From Candidatus Melainabacteria bacterium (GTDB lineage: Bacteria > Cyanobacteriota > Vampirovibrionia > Caenarcaniphilales > Caenarcanaceae), in contig DUDU01000040.1 in assembly GCA_005110395.1 (NCBI GenBank), forward strand, positions 4,153 through 68,152: a stretch of DNA of 64,000 nt, given 5' to 3'. Position 1 is the stretch's first letter; every line of letters starts with the position of its first letter. The translations under genes were made by a program, and so were the position numbers. The notes under the pieces were generated by a model. The model was not told the DNA's origin. It searched no databases and saw nothing but the letters and a program-made list of their open reading frames with translations. Positions 11,501 through 20,300 of the stretch are shown piece by piece.

Positions 11501-11783
11501 GCTCACTCTTTTCAGTTTTATCCAGCGACTCTCCAATATCTTTAGCCTCAATATAGCCAATTGGAATCTCACCTTTAGTTAAAATGTAATCAGGCGCTCC
11601 ACATTGTTGACGTTTGGGCTCATTGGTACAAGAAATACCTTTAACCAAACTTTCCACCAACTGGCTTAAATCACCTCTGTATGTGTGTTCCGTGGCATTG
11701 CCTTGCTTGAATCGGCTTGAAATGATTTGAAAGTATTCCGAAATATTCAAAATTTTTAATGGATAAATAATTAATTTCTCCAT
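8514..11783 (-). CDS. type IIG-like restriction-modification enzyme: PD-ExK nuclease, gamma-class N6-adenine methyltransferase and specificity region in one polypeptide
   Basis: N-terminal GAPDYILTKGEIPIGYIEAKDIG (PD...EAK nuclease motif). Motif I is LDPATGTGTFL and lies upstream of motif IV, VVMGNPPYS. C-terminal LLDYIYAVLHSPSYREKYKEFLKVDFPRVPYP matches the C-terminal region of type ISP/IIG enzymes. Start placed at MEKLIIYP (ATG at 11783). Confidence 0.8.
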   Translation of the reverse strand: MEKLIIYPLKILNISEYFQIISSRFKQGNATEHTYRGDLSQLVESLVKGISCTNEPKRQQCGAPDYILTKGEIPIGYIEAKDIGESLDKTEKSEQIKRYKASLDNLFITDYLEFRLFRNGEKVASVKIAELDEGKLKPLKGNWDQFDSLIKDFCTYSGQTIKSAPKLAKIMAGKAKLMQDIIFRALKDEAETTLRDQMEAFKQVLIHDIDEATFADIYAQTIAYGMFAARFHDETLEDFSRKEAAELVPKSNPFLRKLFHYIAGYDLDDRLVWIVDALAEVFRACDLKKILKEFGSSTQRNDPIIHFYETFLAEYNPKLRKSKGVYYTPEPIVNFIVRAVDEILKTDFALPMGLADTSQIEIDSEVYDGKKYKKVKQKIDKVQILDPATGTGTFLSEVIKHVYKNFEGQQGIWSKYVDEHLIPRLNGFELLMASYAVAHLKLDLLLQETGYKPKDPKNPQRFRVFLTNALEEAHPHTGSLFATWLSAEAQEANDIKKNTPVMVVMGNPPYSVSSSNKGEWILELIKEYKKDLNEKKINLDDDYIKFIRYAQHFIDKNGQGIVAMITNNSFIDGITHRQMRKSLSESFDKIYIYDLHGASDKREVSPDGSEDENVFDIKQGVSINIFVRTGKPKSVKSVVHLDSFGKREQKYEYLWNNSIKSINWTELSVKEPEYFFIPKDYKDENSYKKDFSILELMTVNSNGIETQKDELAIQFTQSDLLKVINDFENLNEEQIKAKYKISDGRDWRVSNAKKDIESSQKLIGEILYRPFDWRKTLFTFKGGFIAYPRINVMKHLLQSSRKTDNYALVAMRQYVDSSFSHILLTRDPIDNRTTYSNRGKANCFPLYLYSEQSKEQTSLIEKEPERRPNLKDEIVNEIANKLGLKFTAEKLPPTPLERGNSEDQGFSSSLQGGGGGNSFAPIDLLDYIYAVLHSPSYREKYKEFLKVDFPRVPYPDNQERFWKLVEKGSELRELHLLESSKANQYITSYPQDGSNQVEKVEFKDESKVYINSEQYFDNVPKLAWEFYIGGYQPAQKWLKDRKGRELSYEDILHYQKVIVALTETDRLMKEIDDIGIENAEFAISAGGRK
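9034..9113. repeat. GC-rich nested-hairpin miniature repeat, copy A (inside the RM coding sequence, in frame)
   Basis: ttacctccccc...gggggtaa termini. Internal hairpins cctccttgtaaggagg (9046-9061) and ccccctttcaaggggg (9087-9102). It stands out as a GC-rich patch in AT-rich DNA and encodes PPTPLERGNSEDQGFSSSLQGGGGGNS. Confidence 0.6.
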
Positions 11784-12081
11784 TTTAGAAGCTCTCTTAA
11801 AAAAGAAGATTAAGCAAGACGATTCAGCATTATTTTGGTCATAGCAAAGAAAATTCAAACCTCAGAGTTAGTAGTTTTCATTTCATAATCTTTGAATAGC
11901 CCCCTAAAACCCTCAAAAAACAAAAACGTCTTTTCAACCATCCATTTGAATGCATGAACATAAAAATACTTTGCACAACCTTTATGTCTGCCTAATTAGC
12001 TGGTATTCTGCTAAATTCCCACAGTAATGCTGAGCTGTATACAAATATATTTCTCTTTCTTGCTTTTACCAATTTCCACCA

Positions 12082-12321
12082 TTGAGGTTTTTGTCATCTC
12101 CCGCCATGAAATTTGCTCTCACGCATTATGAATCAACTACTCATTCTGGTGTTAGCAAAGATTTGCGAGATAAAGTTGGTGTTACGGATGGACTGATTCG
12201 ACTGTCTATTGGAATGGAACATCCTGATGATTTGATATATGATTTGGATAATGCTTTTAAAGCGACTTTTGCTGAAAACCAGAAAGAGTATAGTATTTAT
12301 TTAGCTAACAAAACACATTGA
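12082..12321 (+). pseudogene. C-terminal remnant (~70 codons) of a Cys/Met-metabolism PLP enzyme (cystathionine gamma-synthase/beta-lyase or O-acetylhomoserine sulfhydrylase type)
   Basis: ...THYESTTHSGVSKDLRDKVGVTDGLIRLSIGMEHPDDLIYDLDNAF matches the conserved C-terminal end of this ~400-aa family (LIRLSVGIE..DLI.DL). No upstream part of the gene is present in 11784-12081. Confidence 0.65.
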
Positions 12322-13502
12322 TTAGTACTCAAAACAAATACATTCAATCCAAATATATTCAGAGCTGGATTCATTCACCAGTTGTGGATTTGGTCTTTAT
12401 TATTTCACCTGCTTTTCTGATTACGCTGATTGTAATTTTATTTCGTAATTCATTCGATCATACGGAGGCTTTGCCATTATGGGCTTGGATTGTATTTATT
12501 GTATTAGTCGACGTGGCACATGTATACAGTAGTGTATTTCGTACTTATTTCAACCCACTAGAATTCAAACAAAATGCAACTCTGTTTACGCTTATACCTT
12601 TTTTTGCATGGCTGATTAGTGTAATTCTTTATAGCTTGAATGATTTGCTTTTCTGGAGGGTTTTGGCTTATATTGCCGTTTTCCATTTTGTCAGGCAACA
12701 ATATGGTTTTATGGCATTATATTCTCGAAAGCAACCTGATGAATATAAGCCATTTAAGCTTTTAGACGCAGCTTTGATTTATATTGCAACAATATATCCG
12801 ATTATCTTTTGGCATACTCATTTACCACGTAATTTCAATTGGTTTGTCGAGGATGATTTTCTTGTAGGCCTTCCAGTATTAGTTGAACGAATATGTTTAA
12901 TTCTTTATTTGTTAATAAGCGTTTGTTATATTGTCAAAGAAGTTTATTTAAGTATCAAAACTAAATATTTCAATATACCTAAAAATTTAATTTTATTAGG
13001 TACGGGACTTTCCTGGTATGTTGGAATAGTATTGCTTAATGGTGACATGGCTTTTACGGCAATCAATGTAGTAAGCCATGGTATTCCCTATATGGCTCTT
13101 TTGTGGATATATGGTAGAGGGATTTCGCAACAATCAGATCCATTGATATCTGAACAAGCGATATTGCAATTCAGATTTCCCAAATTAAATCTCAGTTACA
13201 AATTTTTATTTTCCATAATTTGCATACCTGTATTTTTGGTGTTTTTATGGTCTTTTGCTTACTTGGAAGAATCACTTTGGGACAGTTTAGTTTGGCGTGA
13301 AAACCCAACTCTATTTCAAGCATTCTATTCTTTACCACTTTTAAAATCTAAACAATTTTTGGCAATTATTGTTCCATTACTTTCACTACCACAGCTTACA
13401 CACTATATACTTGATGCCTTTATTTGGAGACTCAAACCGCTTAATGATAAGGCGAATAACAATTGGGTGAATACTTTGTTTTATACTTCAAATAATCAGT
13501 AA
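12318..13502 (+). CDS. polytopic integral membrane protein, unknown function
   Basis: 394-aa ORF with about 10 hydrophobic helices and a TTG start in the track. An imperfect tandem NKYIQSKYIQS lies at the N-terminus. Possible conserved polar motifs are FHFVRQQYGF and VSHGIPYMALLW. No family recognised. Confidence 0.55.
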   Translation: MISTQNKYIQSKYIQSWIHSPVVDLVFIISPAFLITLIVILFRNSFDHTEALPLWAWIVFIVLVDVAHVYSSVFRTYFNPLEFKQNATLFTLIPFFAWLISVILYSLNDLLFWRVLAYIAVFHFVRQQYGFMALYSRKQPDEYKPFKLLDAALIYIATIYPIIFWHTHLPRNFNWFVEDDFLVGLPVLVERICLILYLLISVCYIVKEVYLSIKTKYFNIPKNLILLGTGLSWYVGIVLLNGDMAFTAINVVSHGIPYMALLWIYGRGISQQSDPLISEQAILQFRFPKLNLSYKFLFSIICIPVFLVFLWSFAYLEESLWDSLVWRENPTLFQAFYSLPLLKSKQFLAIIVPLLSLPQLTHYILDAFIWRLKPLNDKANNNWVNTLFYTSNNQ

Positions 13503-13776
13503 TATTTATTTGCAAAGATTAATCAAATTTGATTTCCAAACTTTATTTTTAATTTTTACTTGTTTTTATGCGGATTTACATATTGGAGTTGAGACTAAGC
13601 TCTGTAACAATGATGCTTGTTTTGTGAATACCCAGCTACATTGAGGTTTTTCCAAAATGTTTTGCAAATAATTTATTCATTGAGTCAGGAGCGATTTAAA
13701 ATTAGGGAATAATAAATGTATTAATTTGGTGTATTAATTGGCTGCATCAACAAAGTTATTTTGAGGAATAAAAATC

Positions 13777-14127
13777 ATGTCTAAATTTGGAAAAGTTGCT
13801 TTTGCTGGTCTCAAAGTCTTTAAGAAAGATTTGGAAAATTATTTGAGCGAATCGCTTGATGAATTGGGGATTAACAGAAAATGTAATAATGATTTTGACT
13901 CGCTCGATGAAGAATTAGAAAGCAAAAGAGAAGAAGTTATTAAAAAAGTCAACAAATTTTTTGACAATATAAAAGATGAATTGAAAGAAGGGAAAGGCGA
14001 TTCATCTAAGCAAAATGATAAAGCTGATGCAAAAACTATGGAAGATATAGCTTTAACTATGAAGGAATTGCGTCATCAACTCAATCAATTGCAGCAAGAT
14101 GTAACCGAATTGAAAAGCAAAGGTTGA
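13777..14127 (+). CDS. small charged coiled-coil protein, unknown function
   Basis: 116-aa ORF rich in K/E/D, preceded by gaggaataaaaatc upstream of the ATG (RBS-like). Confidence 0.45.
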   Translation: MSKFGKVAFAGLKVFKKDLENYLSESLDELGINRKCNNDFDSLDEELESKREEVIKKVNKFFDNIKDELKEGKGDSSKQNDKADAKTMEDIALTMKELRHQLNQLQQDVTELKSKG

Positions 14128-14212
14128 TTTTGAAATACTGTATTTTTGAAACTCCTCATTAATACTCTTTTATGTAAGGAGAGTAAGGATTTGGTTCGAA
14201 AAGAATAAATAA

Positions 14213-15982
14213 ATGAAGTATTATCCAAACCTAGCTAAAAAATTATTTCCGCTTACGGAGAAATTGTTTTTCCCTAAATGGTTTGGATTTGCCAATTTTC
14301 TCGTTGATATATCACTGATAATTTTTTATTCAATCAAAAGTCCTCGTTTTTTTAAGGGTTCTAAACTCGCACTAACCCTATATTTCATAATCAAACAAGA
14401 AATTGATTTTGAAAATAACAATAATTTCGATGCAAAAAAAATCCATATTCTTAGAAAAAAGAATGCCAAATGGCTTTATCGCAGATTAACAGATTTAGGC
14501 GCGGCTTTCATCAAAGTTGGTCAATTCATTGCAACTCGTGAGGACTTGGTATCAAAAGAATATGTGGCGGAATTAAGTACTCTTCAAGATTCAGCACCCA
14601 AGCTATCAATTGAAGTTATTGAACAAGTAATAGAAAAATCTCTAGGCAAGACAGCTCAAGAATTATTTGAGTATATAGAATCAGAATCAATTGCTTCAGC
14701 CAGTATTGGACAAGTTCATAGAGCTAGAACCAAAGACGGAAATGAAATAGTTCTAAAAGTTCAAAGGCCAAATCTAGATAAATTATTTTTGCAAGATTTG
14801 AGTATAGCGAGAGCAATGTCTGTATTCTTTGAGCGTTATATTCCATGGGGTAAAAATAAATATTGGCCTGAAATTTGCGATGAATTTGGCAAAGTATTAT
14901 TTGAAGAAATCGACTTTTACCAAGAGGCTGTAAATGTCGAGAGAATGAAATTGAATTTGTGTGAAGATCATCCTGAGTTGATTATTCCAAAAGTATATTG
15001 GGATTATGTCACCAAAGAAGTCTTGGCACTTGAGTATGAGCCTGGAAGCAAAATCACTGATTGCAAAGCCATAGAAAAAGCTGGTAGAAACAAATTATGG
15101 GTATCACAAAAGATTATAAGTATTTTCTTCGACCAATTTTTCAAGCATTGTTTCTTCCATGCAGATCCTCATCCAGGAAATATAGCCATTACCAAAAATG
15201 GAAAAATAGTACTTTATGATTTTGGAATGACTTATAAAATTGATAATAAAATTAGAGATAATGTCAAAGAAGCGATTATCTCATTAGTATCTCAAAACAC
15301 AGATGGATTGATATTAAGTCTGCAAAAAATGGATTTAATTAGGCCTGGTGCTGATTTAGCACTACTTAAAAATATAATTCAAAAAACCACGTACAAATAC
15401 TATGGTGGTAGTAAATTACAAGAATTAGACTTAGAGACCATTAAAGAAGATATAAATAAAGTTATTGCCGCTAGTCCTCTGAGAATGCCACCGACATTAG
15501 CTTATGTTTTCCGTACAATTGGAATTATAGAAGGACTCTGTCGTACCTTTGATCCGAATTTTAATTTTATTGAAGCACTTAAGCCTTATACAAAAGAATG
15601 GCTTATTCAATCAAAAAGCGTTGGTATATTAGAGAAATTATTAACTAAAGCAATTGATAAAACTGGGTTTCAGGGAGCCGAAGGCTTATTAGAAATTGCA
15701 CGTATACCAATAAAGGCTAATAAATTACTCAGTCAAATGGAAAACGGCGATTTCTCAATACCGATCGACTTGAAACCACTTCAAAATAAAATAGAAAGAA
15801 TAGAAGAAATAACTCAAGGTATAGCTTTTATGCTGATTGGAATTATACTTTTAGCTGCTGGCGCAATTTGCTGGCAATTCTTGAATGCACTGGGTTTATT
15901 GTTTACAGTTCTGTCTGTGAGTATTGCGTTTACAGGTATGGTTTTCTTTCTACTAGGTATTAAGAAAATTGTCTTTCATTAG
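14213..15982 (+). CDS. ABC1/UbiB-family atypical protein kinase with C-terminal TM helices
   Basis: LGAAFIKVGQFIATREDL, ASASIGQVHRA, LKVQRP and FFHADPHPGNI are hallmark ABC1/AarF/UbiB motifs. A hydrophobic C-terminal tail is present. Confidence 0.85.
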   Translation: MKYYPNLAKKLFPLTEKLFFPKWFGFANFLVDISLIIFYSIKSPRFFKGSKLALTLYFIIKQEIDFENNNNFDAKKIHILRKKNAKWLYRRLTDLGAAFIKVGQFIATREDLVSKEYVAELSTLQDSAPKLSIEVIEQVIEKSLGKTAQELFEYIESESIASASIGQVHRARTKDGNEIVLKVQRPNLDKLFLQDLSIARAMSVFFERYIPWGKNKYWPEICDEFGKVLFEEIDFYQEAVNVERMKLNLCEDHPELIIPKVYWDYVTKEVLALEYEPGSKITDCKAIEKAGRNKLWVSQKIISIFFDQFFKHCFFHADPHPGNIAITKNGKIVLYDFGMTYKIDNKIRDNVKEAIISLVSQNTDGLILSLQKMDLIRPGADLALLKNIIQKTTYKYYGGSKLQELDLETIKEDINKVIAASPLRMPPTLAYVFRTIGIIEGLCRTFDPNFNFIEALKPYTKEWLIQSKSVGILEKLLTKAIDKTGFQGAEGLLEIARIPIKANKLLSQMENGDFSIPIDLKPLQNKIERIEEITQGIAFMLIGIILLAAGAICWQFLNALGLLFTVLSVSIAFTGMVFFLLGIKKIVFH

Positions 15983-16294
15983 TACTGAACTAATCAAGTC
16001 TTGCAACTTGAAATTCATAAGATTTTTTTATCAATCCTTATGTTCTAATAGAAATCATGGAGAGCCTGAAAGAAATGTTAAAACGACAAGGAAGAAATAT
16101 TTCTGAGTTACAAACAGCTCTTCTATATGCTTGTATCAAGGAATAAATTCCAACTCAGTTCTCTATTTCACCTTTCTTTAAAACTTAATGTTTTCATTAT
16201 TTCAATGGTTAATATACCTAGTTTTATTCTTTAAGTTTTTTTAGCCTATAATCCAGTTTTAAACTCAAGGGAGCTTCTAAGAACTAAGCTTTTT

Positions 16295-16374
16295 AACCCC
16301 CGGCTTTCGCCGACCCCTGAAAAGGGGCTCTCAAAGAGAGAACTAAAAGCCCCCTCTCAGGGGGTTGGGGGGTT
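16295..16374. repeat. GC-rich nested-hairpin miniature repeat, copy B (intergenic)
   Basis: aaccccc...ggggggtt termini. Hairpins cggctttcgccg (16301-16312), cccctgaaaagggg (16314-16327) and ccccctctcaggggg (16350-16364). It shares the tcagggg(g)ttggggggt motif with 47586-47601. Confidence 0.6.
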
Positions 16375-16440
16375 GAAGAGATTTAATAGAGGTGACCTCA
16401 AGAAACTTACAGATAAATAAGATTATTTTATGTAGTTCTA

Positions 16441-17556
16441 ATGAATGAAGCAATGACTGTAAAATATAGCCTCATGAAAAGATTTTTTATATTTATATTC
16501 TTTTTCCTTTTGACTTTGTCATTTTCGCTGAAGGTAAAAAGTGACAATCTTCAGAATACAACTCATGCCTATAAAGGAATTGTAAAAGAAATACTCTTGG
16601 ATAATGAGATTACACTTCGAGAAGGCGAAAAACAAAGACAGCAATTATTAAAAGTAAAACTCTCAGATGATAGAGAAATCGAAGCTTTAAATACTATTCC
16701 ACTTGGTCTTTCCTATCAGGTGCTTCTCAAAAAGGGAGACAAAATCCTTGTTAGCGAAGAAGATGGACTATTCAATATAGAGGGCTATAATCGAGAGTCA
16801 ATTTCGTGGATTTTGTTGTTTCTTTTCACAGCTCTATTAGTTGGTATAGGTGGCAAGAAGGGGGCTTTAGCTTTTATTTCGCTCATTATAAAAATTAGCA
16901 TCTTACTCTTTATTCTGATTCCCTCAATCAAAGCTGGTTATTCACCACTACTAACTACTAGTTTATTTTGTGCAATAGCCACGTGCTTGACCATTGCTAT
17001 GGTGAGTGGATTAAATTACAAAACATTAGCCGCTTGTATAGGAACAATAGGTGGAGTCTTAGCAGCGGGGCTTATTGGATATTGGGCTGTTAATGCTAGT
17101 CATATGAGTGGTTTATTAGAGCCTGAAATGGAAAGCCTTTTTTATCAATTTCCAAAGATTAAGCTAACTGAATTAATATCGGCAGGAGTATTGATTGGAG
17201 CCTTGGGTGCTGCCATGGACGTGGCTATCTCAATTGCAAGTGCTCTTCAAGAAATTAAACTTGCAGCCCCTGAAATGGCATTCAAAGAATTGTACAAATC
17301 AGGGATGAACATTGGCCGTGACGTGATGGGAACAATGATAAACACTCTAATTCTCGCTTATGCCGGAAGCTCACTACCAACTATTATTCTAATTACGCAA
17401 ATTGATACAGCTTATCTATTTAATATGGAATTATTTATAAAAGAATTGATTTTGTCAGCAGTTGGAAGTATTGGCCTTATTCTAACTATTCCAATTACGT
17501 CACTTCTAGCTGCATATTTGATGAGTAAAATGAATGACAAGAAAAAAAGTATTTAA
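16441..17556 (+). CDS. YibE/F-like integral membrane protein
   Basis: Signal/anchor sequence, then a ~100-aa soluble N-domain, then about 7 TM helices with a G/A-rich helix pattern (GTIGGVLAAGLIGYWAV, GALGAAMDVAISIASAL) as in the YibE/F family. The assignment is from memory of the family pattern only. Confidence 0.55.
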   Translation: MNEAMTVKYSLMKRFFIFIFFFLLTLSFSLKVKSDNLQNTTHAYKGIVKEILLDNEITLREGEKQRQQLLKVKLSDDREIEALNTIPLGLSYQVLLKKGDKILVSEEDGLFNIEGYNRESISWILLFLFTALLVGIGGKKGALAFISLIIKISILLFILIPSIKAGYSPLLTTSLFCAIATCLTIAMVSGLNYKTLAACIGTIGGVLAAGLIGYWAVNASHMSGLLEPEMESLFYQFPKIKLTELISAGVLIGALGAAMDVAISIASALQEIKLAAPEMAFKELYKSGMNIGRDVMGTMINTLILAYAGSSLPTIILITQIDTAYLFNMELFIKELILSAVGSIGLILTIPITSLLAAYLMSKMNDKKKSI

Positions 17557-17603
17557 TTAAGAAGAGCATAGGAAAGCTTATAAAAGGTAATCCTAACTTT
17601 CAA

Positions 17604-18959
17604 TTAATTCTTTTCTTTAGTTTTTTCTTCAATAAACTCTTTATGCGCTTTTTTAATTGTTCTAATTAATTCATTAATCTCATCATCAGTTAATTGCTCA
17701 TTGTATAGCTTGGTGATTTTAAAGCCCCCTAATCCTAGAAAGAGGGAACATTCGACAGAAACAATATATTCACCATCTCTAAACTCAAAGTTAATTGAAC
17801 TTTCAAAATCAAACTTCTCAAAACCTACTCTGTTGAAGCTTGTAAAAACCCGACTCATCTCTACATAGGTTAATCCAGACTTTTCCAAAAAATCTTCTTT
17901 AATTGTAATAAGTAATATCTTCCACAAAACTTCTTTTCTTAAGTGGAAATTATTATCACCAACAATCAATTTAGTCTCTCGCCCATAGTAGAATCCCTCA
18001 AACTTCTTACCAGCTTCTATGAATTTGTTATAAAGCCTCAAAACTGAATTCTTGCAAATTTCAAGAATAGCTTCATCCGTCTGAGGTACTCGCTCTTTAT
18101 GAGCCTTTAACTTCTGGTCTAATAAAGCTATTTCTTTGTCTAAATCATCTGGCTCTTCTATGTCTTGGCCTTTTGCCCCCCTAATCATGATTTCTAGAGA
18201 GTGGTTTAGATTTTGAGCAATATAATCGATGAATGGTTCAATTGTGCCTGAATCAGCTTGTTGAAGAGCTGCATAATAATTTGCTTTATCTTGAGTTTTG
18301 ATTACAGCTGGCGGATAGCCAAATTTCATCAAAATAAAATTCATTAAAAGTCTAATTACTCTTCCATTACCATCATCAAATGGGTGTATTTGAATGAATT
18401 TGTAATGGAATTCTGAGGCTAGAAAAATAGGGTTTACATTATCTCTTTTGAATTGTTCTTCATACCATTGAATCAATTCACTCATCAGAAAAGGTGTTTC
18501 CTCAGGTGTGGCAAACCTGAAAATTTCACCTGTTTTTGTGAGTACATGATTTGGTTCAGTTTTGTACTTGCCTACTTCAACTTTTTTTCTGGTAGGCTTT
18601 CCTTCAGTTGTAATTGCATCGACATAATAAGTCTCTCTGAGCAATAGTTGATGAAGTTGCCTAATGAAATGCTCTGAAAGAGAAAAGTCGCCTTTTACCA
18701 AATCCAGAATCCATTCAACAGCCTCATTGTGTCCCGTAACCTCAAGATGATCTTTTAGTGGCTTTCCTGAAGTTGTTAGCCCGAATAAGATTAAGCTTTT
18801 TGTTTCGCCATAAGTTAGCGAATTACCTTCCAAATTATTTGAATGATAATTCCAGTCAAGCCTTAGCTTTTGCATGACTCTGGCTTCATCATCTTGCTTA
18901 AGCGGTCTGAGAGAGTCCAGTTCAGCTTTGAGTTCTAAAGATTTTTGAATTTCTTTCAT
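17604..18959 (-). CDS. Fic-family protein (class II architecture) with an uncharacterised ~180-aa C-terminal extension
   Basis: Canonical Fic motif HPFDDGNGRVIRLL (HxFx[D/E]GNGRxxR). The N-terminal SNNLEGN matches the [S/T]xxxE[G/N] inhibitory-helix motif upstream of the Fic core. Confidence 0.85.
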   Translation of the reverse strand: MKEIQKSLELKAELDSLRPLKQDDEARVMQKLRLDWNYHSNNLEGNSLTYGETKSLILFGLTTSGKPLKDHLEVTGHNEAVEWILDLVKGDFSLSEHFIRQLHQLLLRETYYVDAITTEGKPTRKKVEVGKYKTEPNHVLTKTGEIFRFATPEETPFLMSELIQWYEEQFKRDNVNPIFLASEFHYKFIQIHPFDDGNGRVIRLLMNFILMKFGYPPAVIKTQDKANYYAALQQADSGTIEPFIDYIAQNLNHSLEIMIRGAKGQDIEEPDDLDKEIALLDQKLKAHKERVPQTDEAILEICKNSVLRLYNKFIEAGKKFEGFYYGRETKLIVGDNNFHLRKEVLWKILLITIKEDFLEKSGLTYVEMSRVFTSFNRVGFEKFDFESSINFEFRDGEYIVSVECSLFLGLGGFKITKLYNEQLTDDEINELIRTIKKAHKEFIEEKTKEKN

Positions 18960-19016
18960 TACTCTTCATGAGAATTTACAAAAACTTTGACGCAAAGATT
19001 AGCTCAATATTGCTTC

Positions 19017-20300
19017 CTAAAAACCTCTAAGTTGAATTGATTTAATAACTTCAACCAAAGCAATTCTCAAAGCGGCTTCTCTTAAAGAACAATTATTTTC
19101 CACTGAGCTTTTATATGTTCTCTTATAAGCATCAACTAATAATGTTTCCAACTTTCCAATCACTTCTTCTCTAGGCCAATAGAGTTGTTGAAGATTCTGC
19201 ACCCATTCAAAATAAGAAACAATTACTCCCCCAGGATTAGCCAAAATTCCGGGAATTATATGAATTTTACGCGCATTAAGGATTTTGTCAGCTTCAATAG
19301 TAACTGGTGCATTTGCTGCTTCAACTACTACTTTTGCACTAGTCTGGCTGGCAACTTTTTCATCCACTGAGCCTGCCAAAGCTGCTGGAATCAAAACATC
19401 ACAGTCCTGAATCATCATTTCATCATTTGTAAGCCATTCAGCATCTGGAAAGCCTCTCACTGTGCCATATTCATGCTGAAACTTATGGAGAGCAGTGACA
19501 TCTAAGCCTTTTTTATTAAAAACAGCACCCTCTACAGTTGAAATACCAATTACTTTTCCTTGTATTTCTTCGTGCAAAATTCTGGCAGCATGAGAACCGA
19601 CATTTCCAAAACCCTGAATAATAAATCTTTGCTCGGCAGGATTTAATCCTAGATCTTTCAACAGTTCGCAGGTAACAATTACTACACCACGTCCAGTAGC
19701 TTCTTCACGCCCTTGCGATCCACCAATTTCAAGCGGCTTACCTGTGACAACGGCTAATGAACAATTATTATGGCTTTTAGCATATTCATCAAATATCCAG
19801 GCCATAACTTGGGCGTTAGTGTTTACGTCTGGAGCTGGCACGTCATTATAAGGACCAATATTGTCTCCAAGATGTTCAACATAAGCTCTTGTCAAACGCT
19901 CCAACTCGGTAGCAGATAATTTTTTGGGATCACAAGAAATACCACCTTTAGCACCACCAAAGGGAATTCTTACCAAGGCCGCTTTCCATGTCATCAAAAT
20001 AGCAAGTCCACGTACTTCTGCTAAATTCACATCGTGATGATAACGAATCCCGCCTTTAAAAGGGCCACCTCGAGAATTGTTGTGCTGGACACGATATCCT
20101 CTAAAAACTGAAACTTCACCATTATCGCGGCGTATAGGAATCTCAACTATGATTTCACGCTTCGAATGGGTGATTATGTCGATCATCGAATCATTGAAGC
20201 CAGGAATTTTCTTTGCGACTGAAAAAAGAAATTCGGTGCTTGTTTCGGAAGAAAGACTCGATTCGTCTAGATTTTTACTTAATATTCCTGCAGCGTTCAT
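19017..20300 (-). CDS. gdhA: Glu/Leu/Phe/Val-family glutamate dehydrogenase
   Basis: KGGIRYH, PFGGAKGGI, the dinucleotide fold IQGFGNVGSH, and ANPGGVIVSYFEWVQN. Confidence 0.9.
   Translation of the reverse strand: MNAAGILSKNLDESSLSSETSTEFLFSVAKKIPGFNDSMIDIITHSKREIIVEIPIRRDNGEVSVFRGYRVQHNNSRGGPFKGGIRYHHDVNLAEVRGLAILMTWKAALVRIPFGGAKGGISCDPKKLSATELERLTRAYVEHLGDNIGPYNDVPAPDVNTNAQVMAWIFDEYAKSHNNCSLAVVTGKPLEIGGSQGREEATGRGVVIVTCELLKDLGLNPAEQRFIIQGFGNVGSHAARILHEEIQGKVIGISTVEGAVFNKKGLDVTALHKFQHEYGTVRGFPDAEWLTNDEMMIQDCDVLIPAALAGSVDEKVASQTSAKVVVEAANAPVTIEADKILNARKIHIIPGILANPGGVIVSYFEWVQNLQQLYWPREEVIGKLETLLVDAYKRTYKSSVENNCSLREAALRIALVEVIKSIQLRGF

Noticed and set aside
14180-14212. A T-loop-like string, ggttcgaa (also at 24611), as a possible tRNA.
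   Set aside because: No acceptor, D or anticodon stems can be drawn around either hit. One lies in an RBS region and the other inside the sigma-factor coding sequence.
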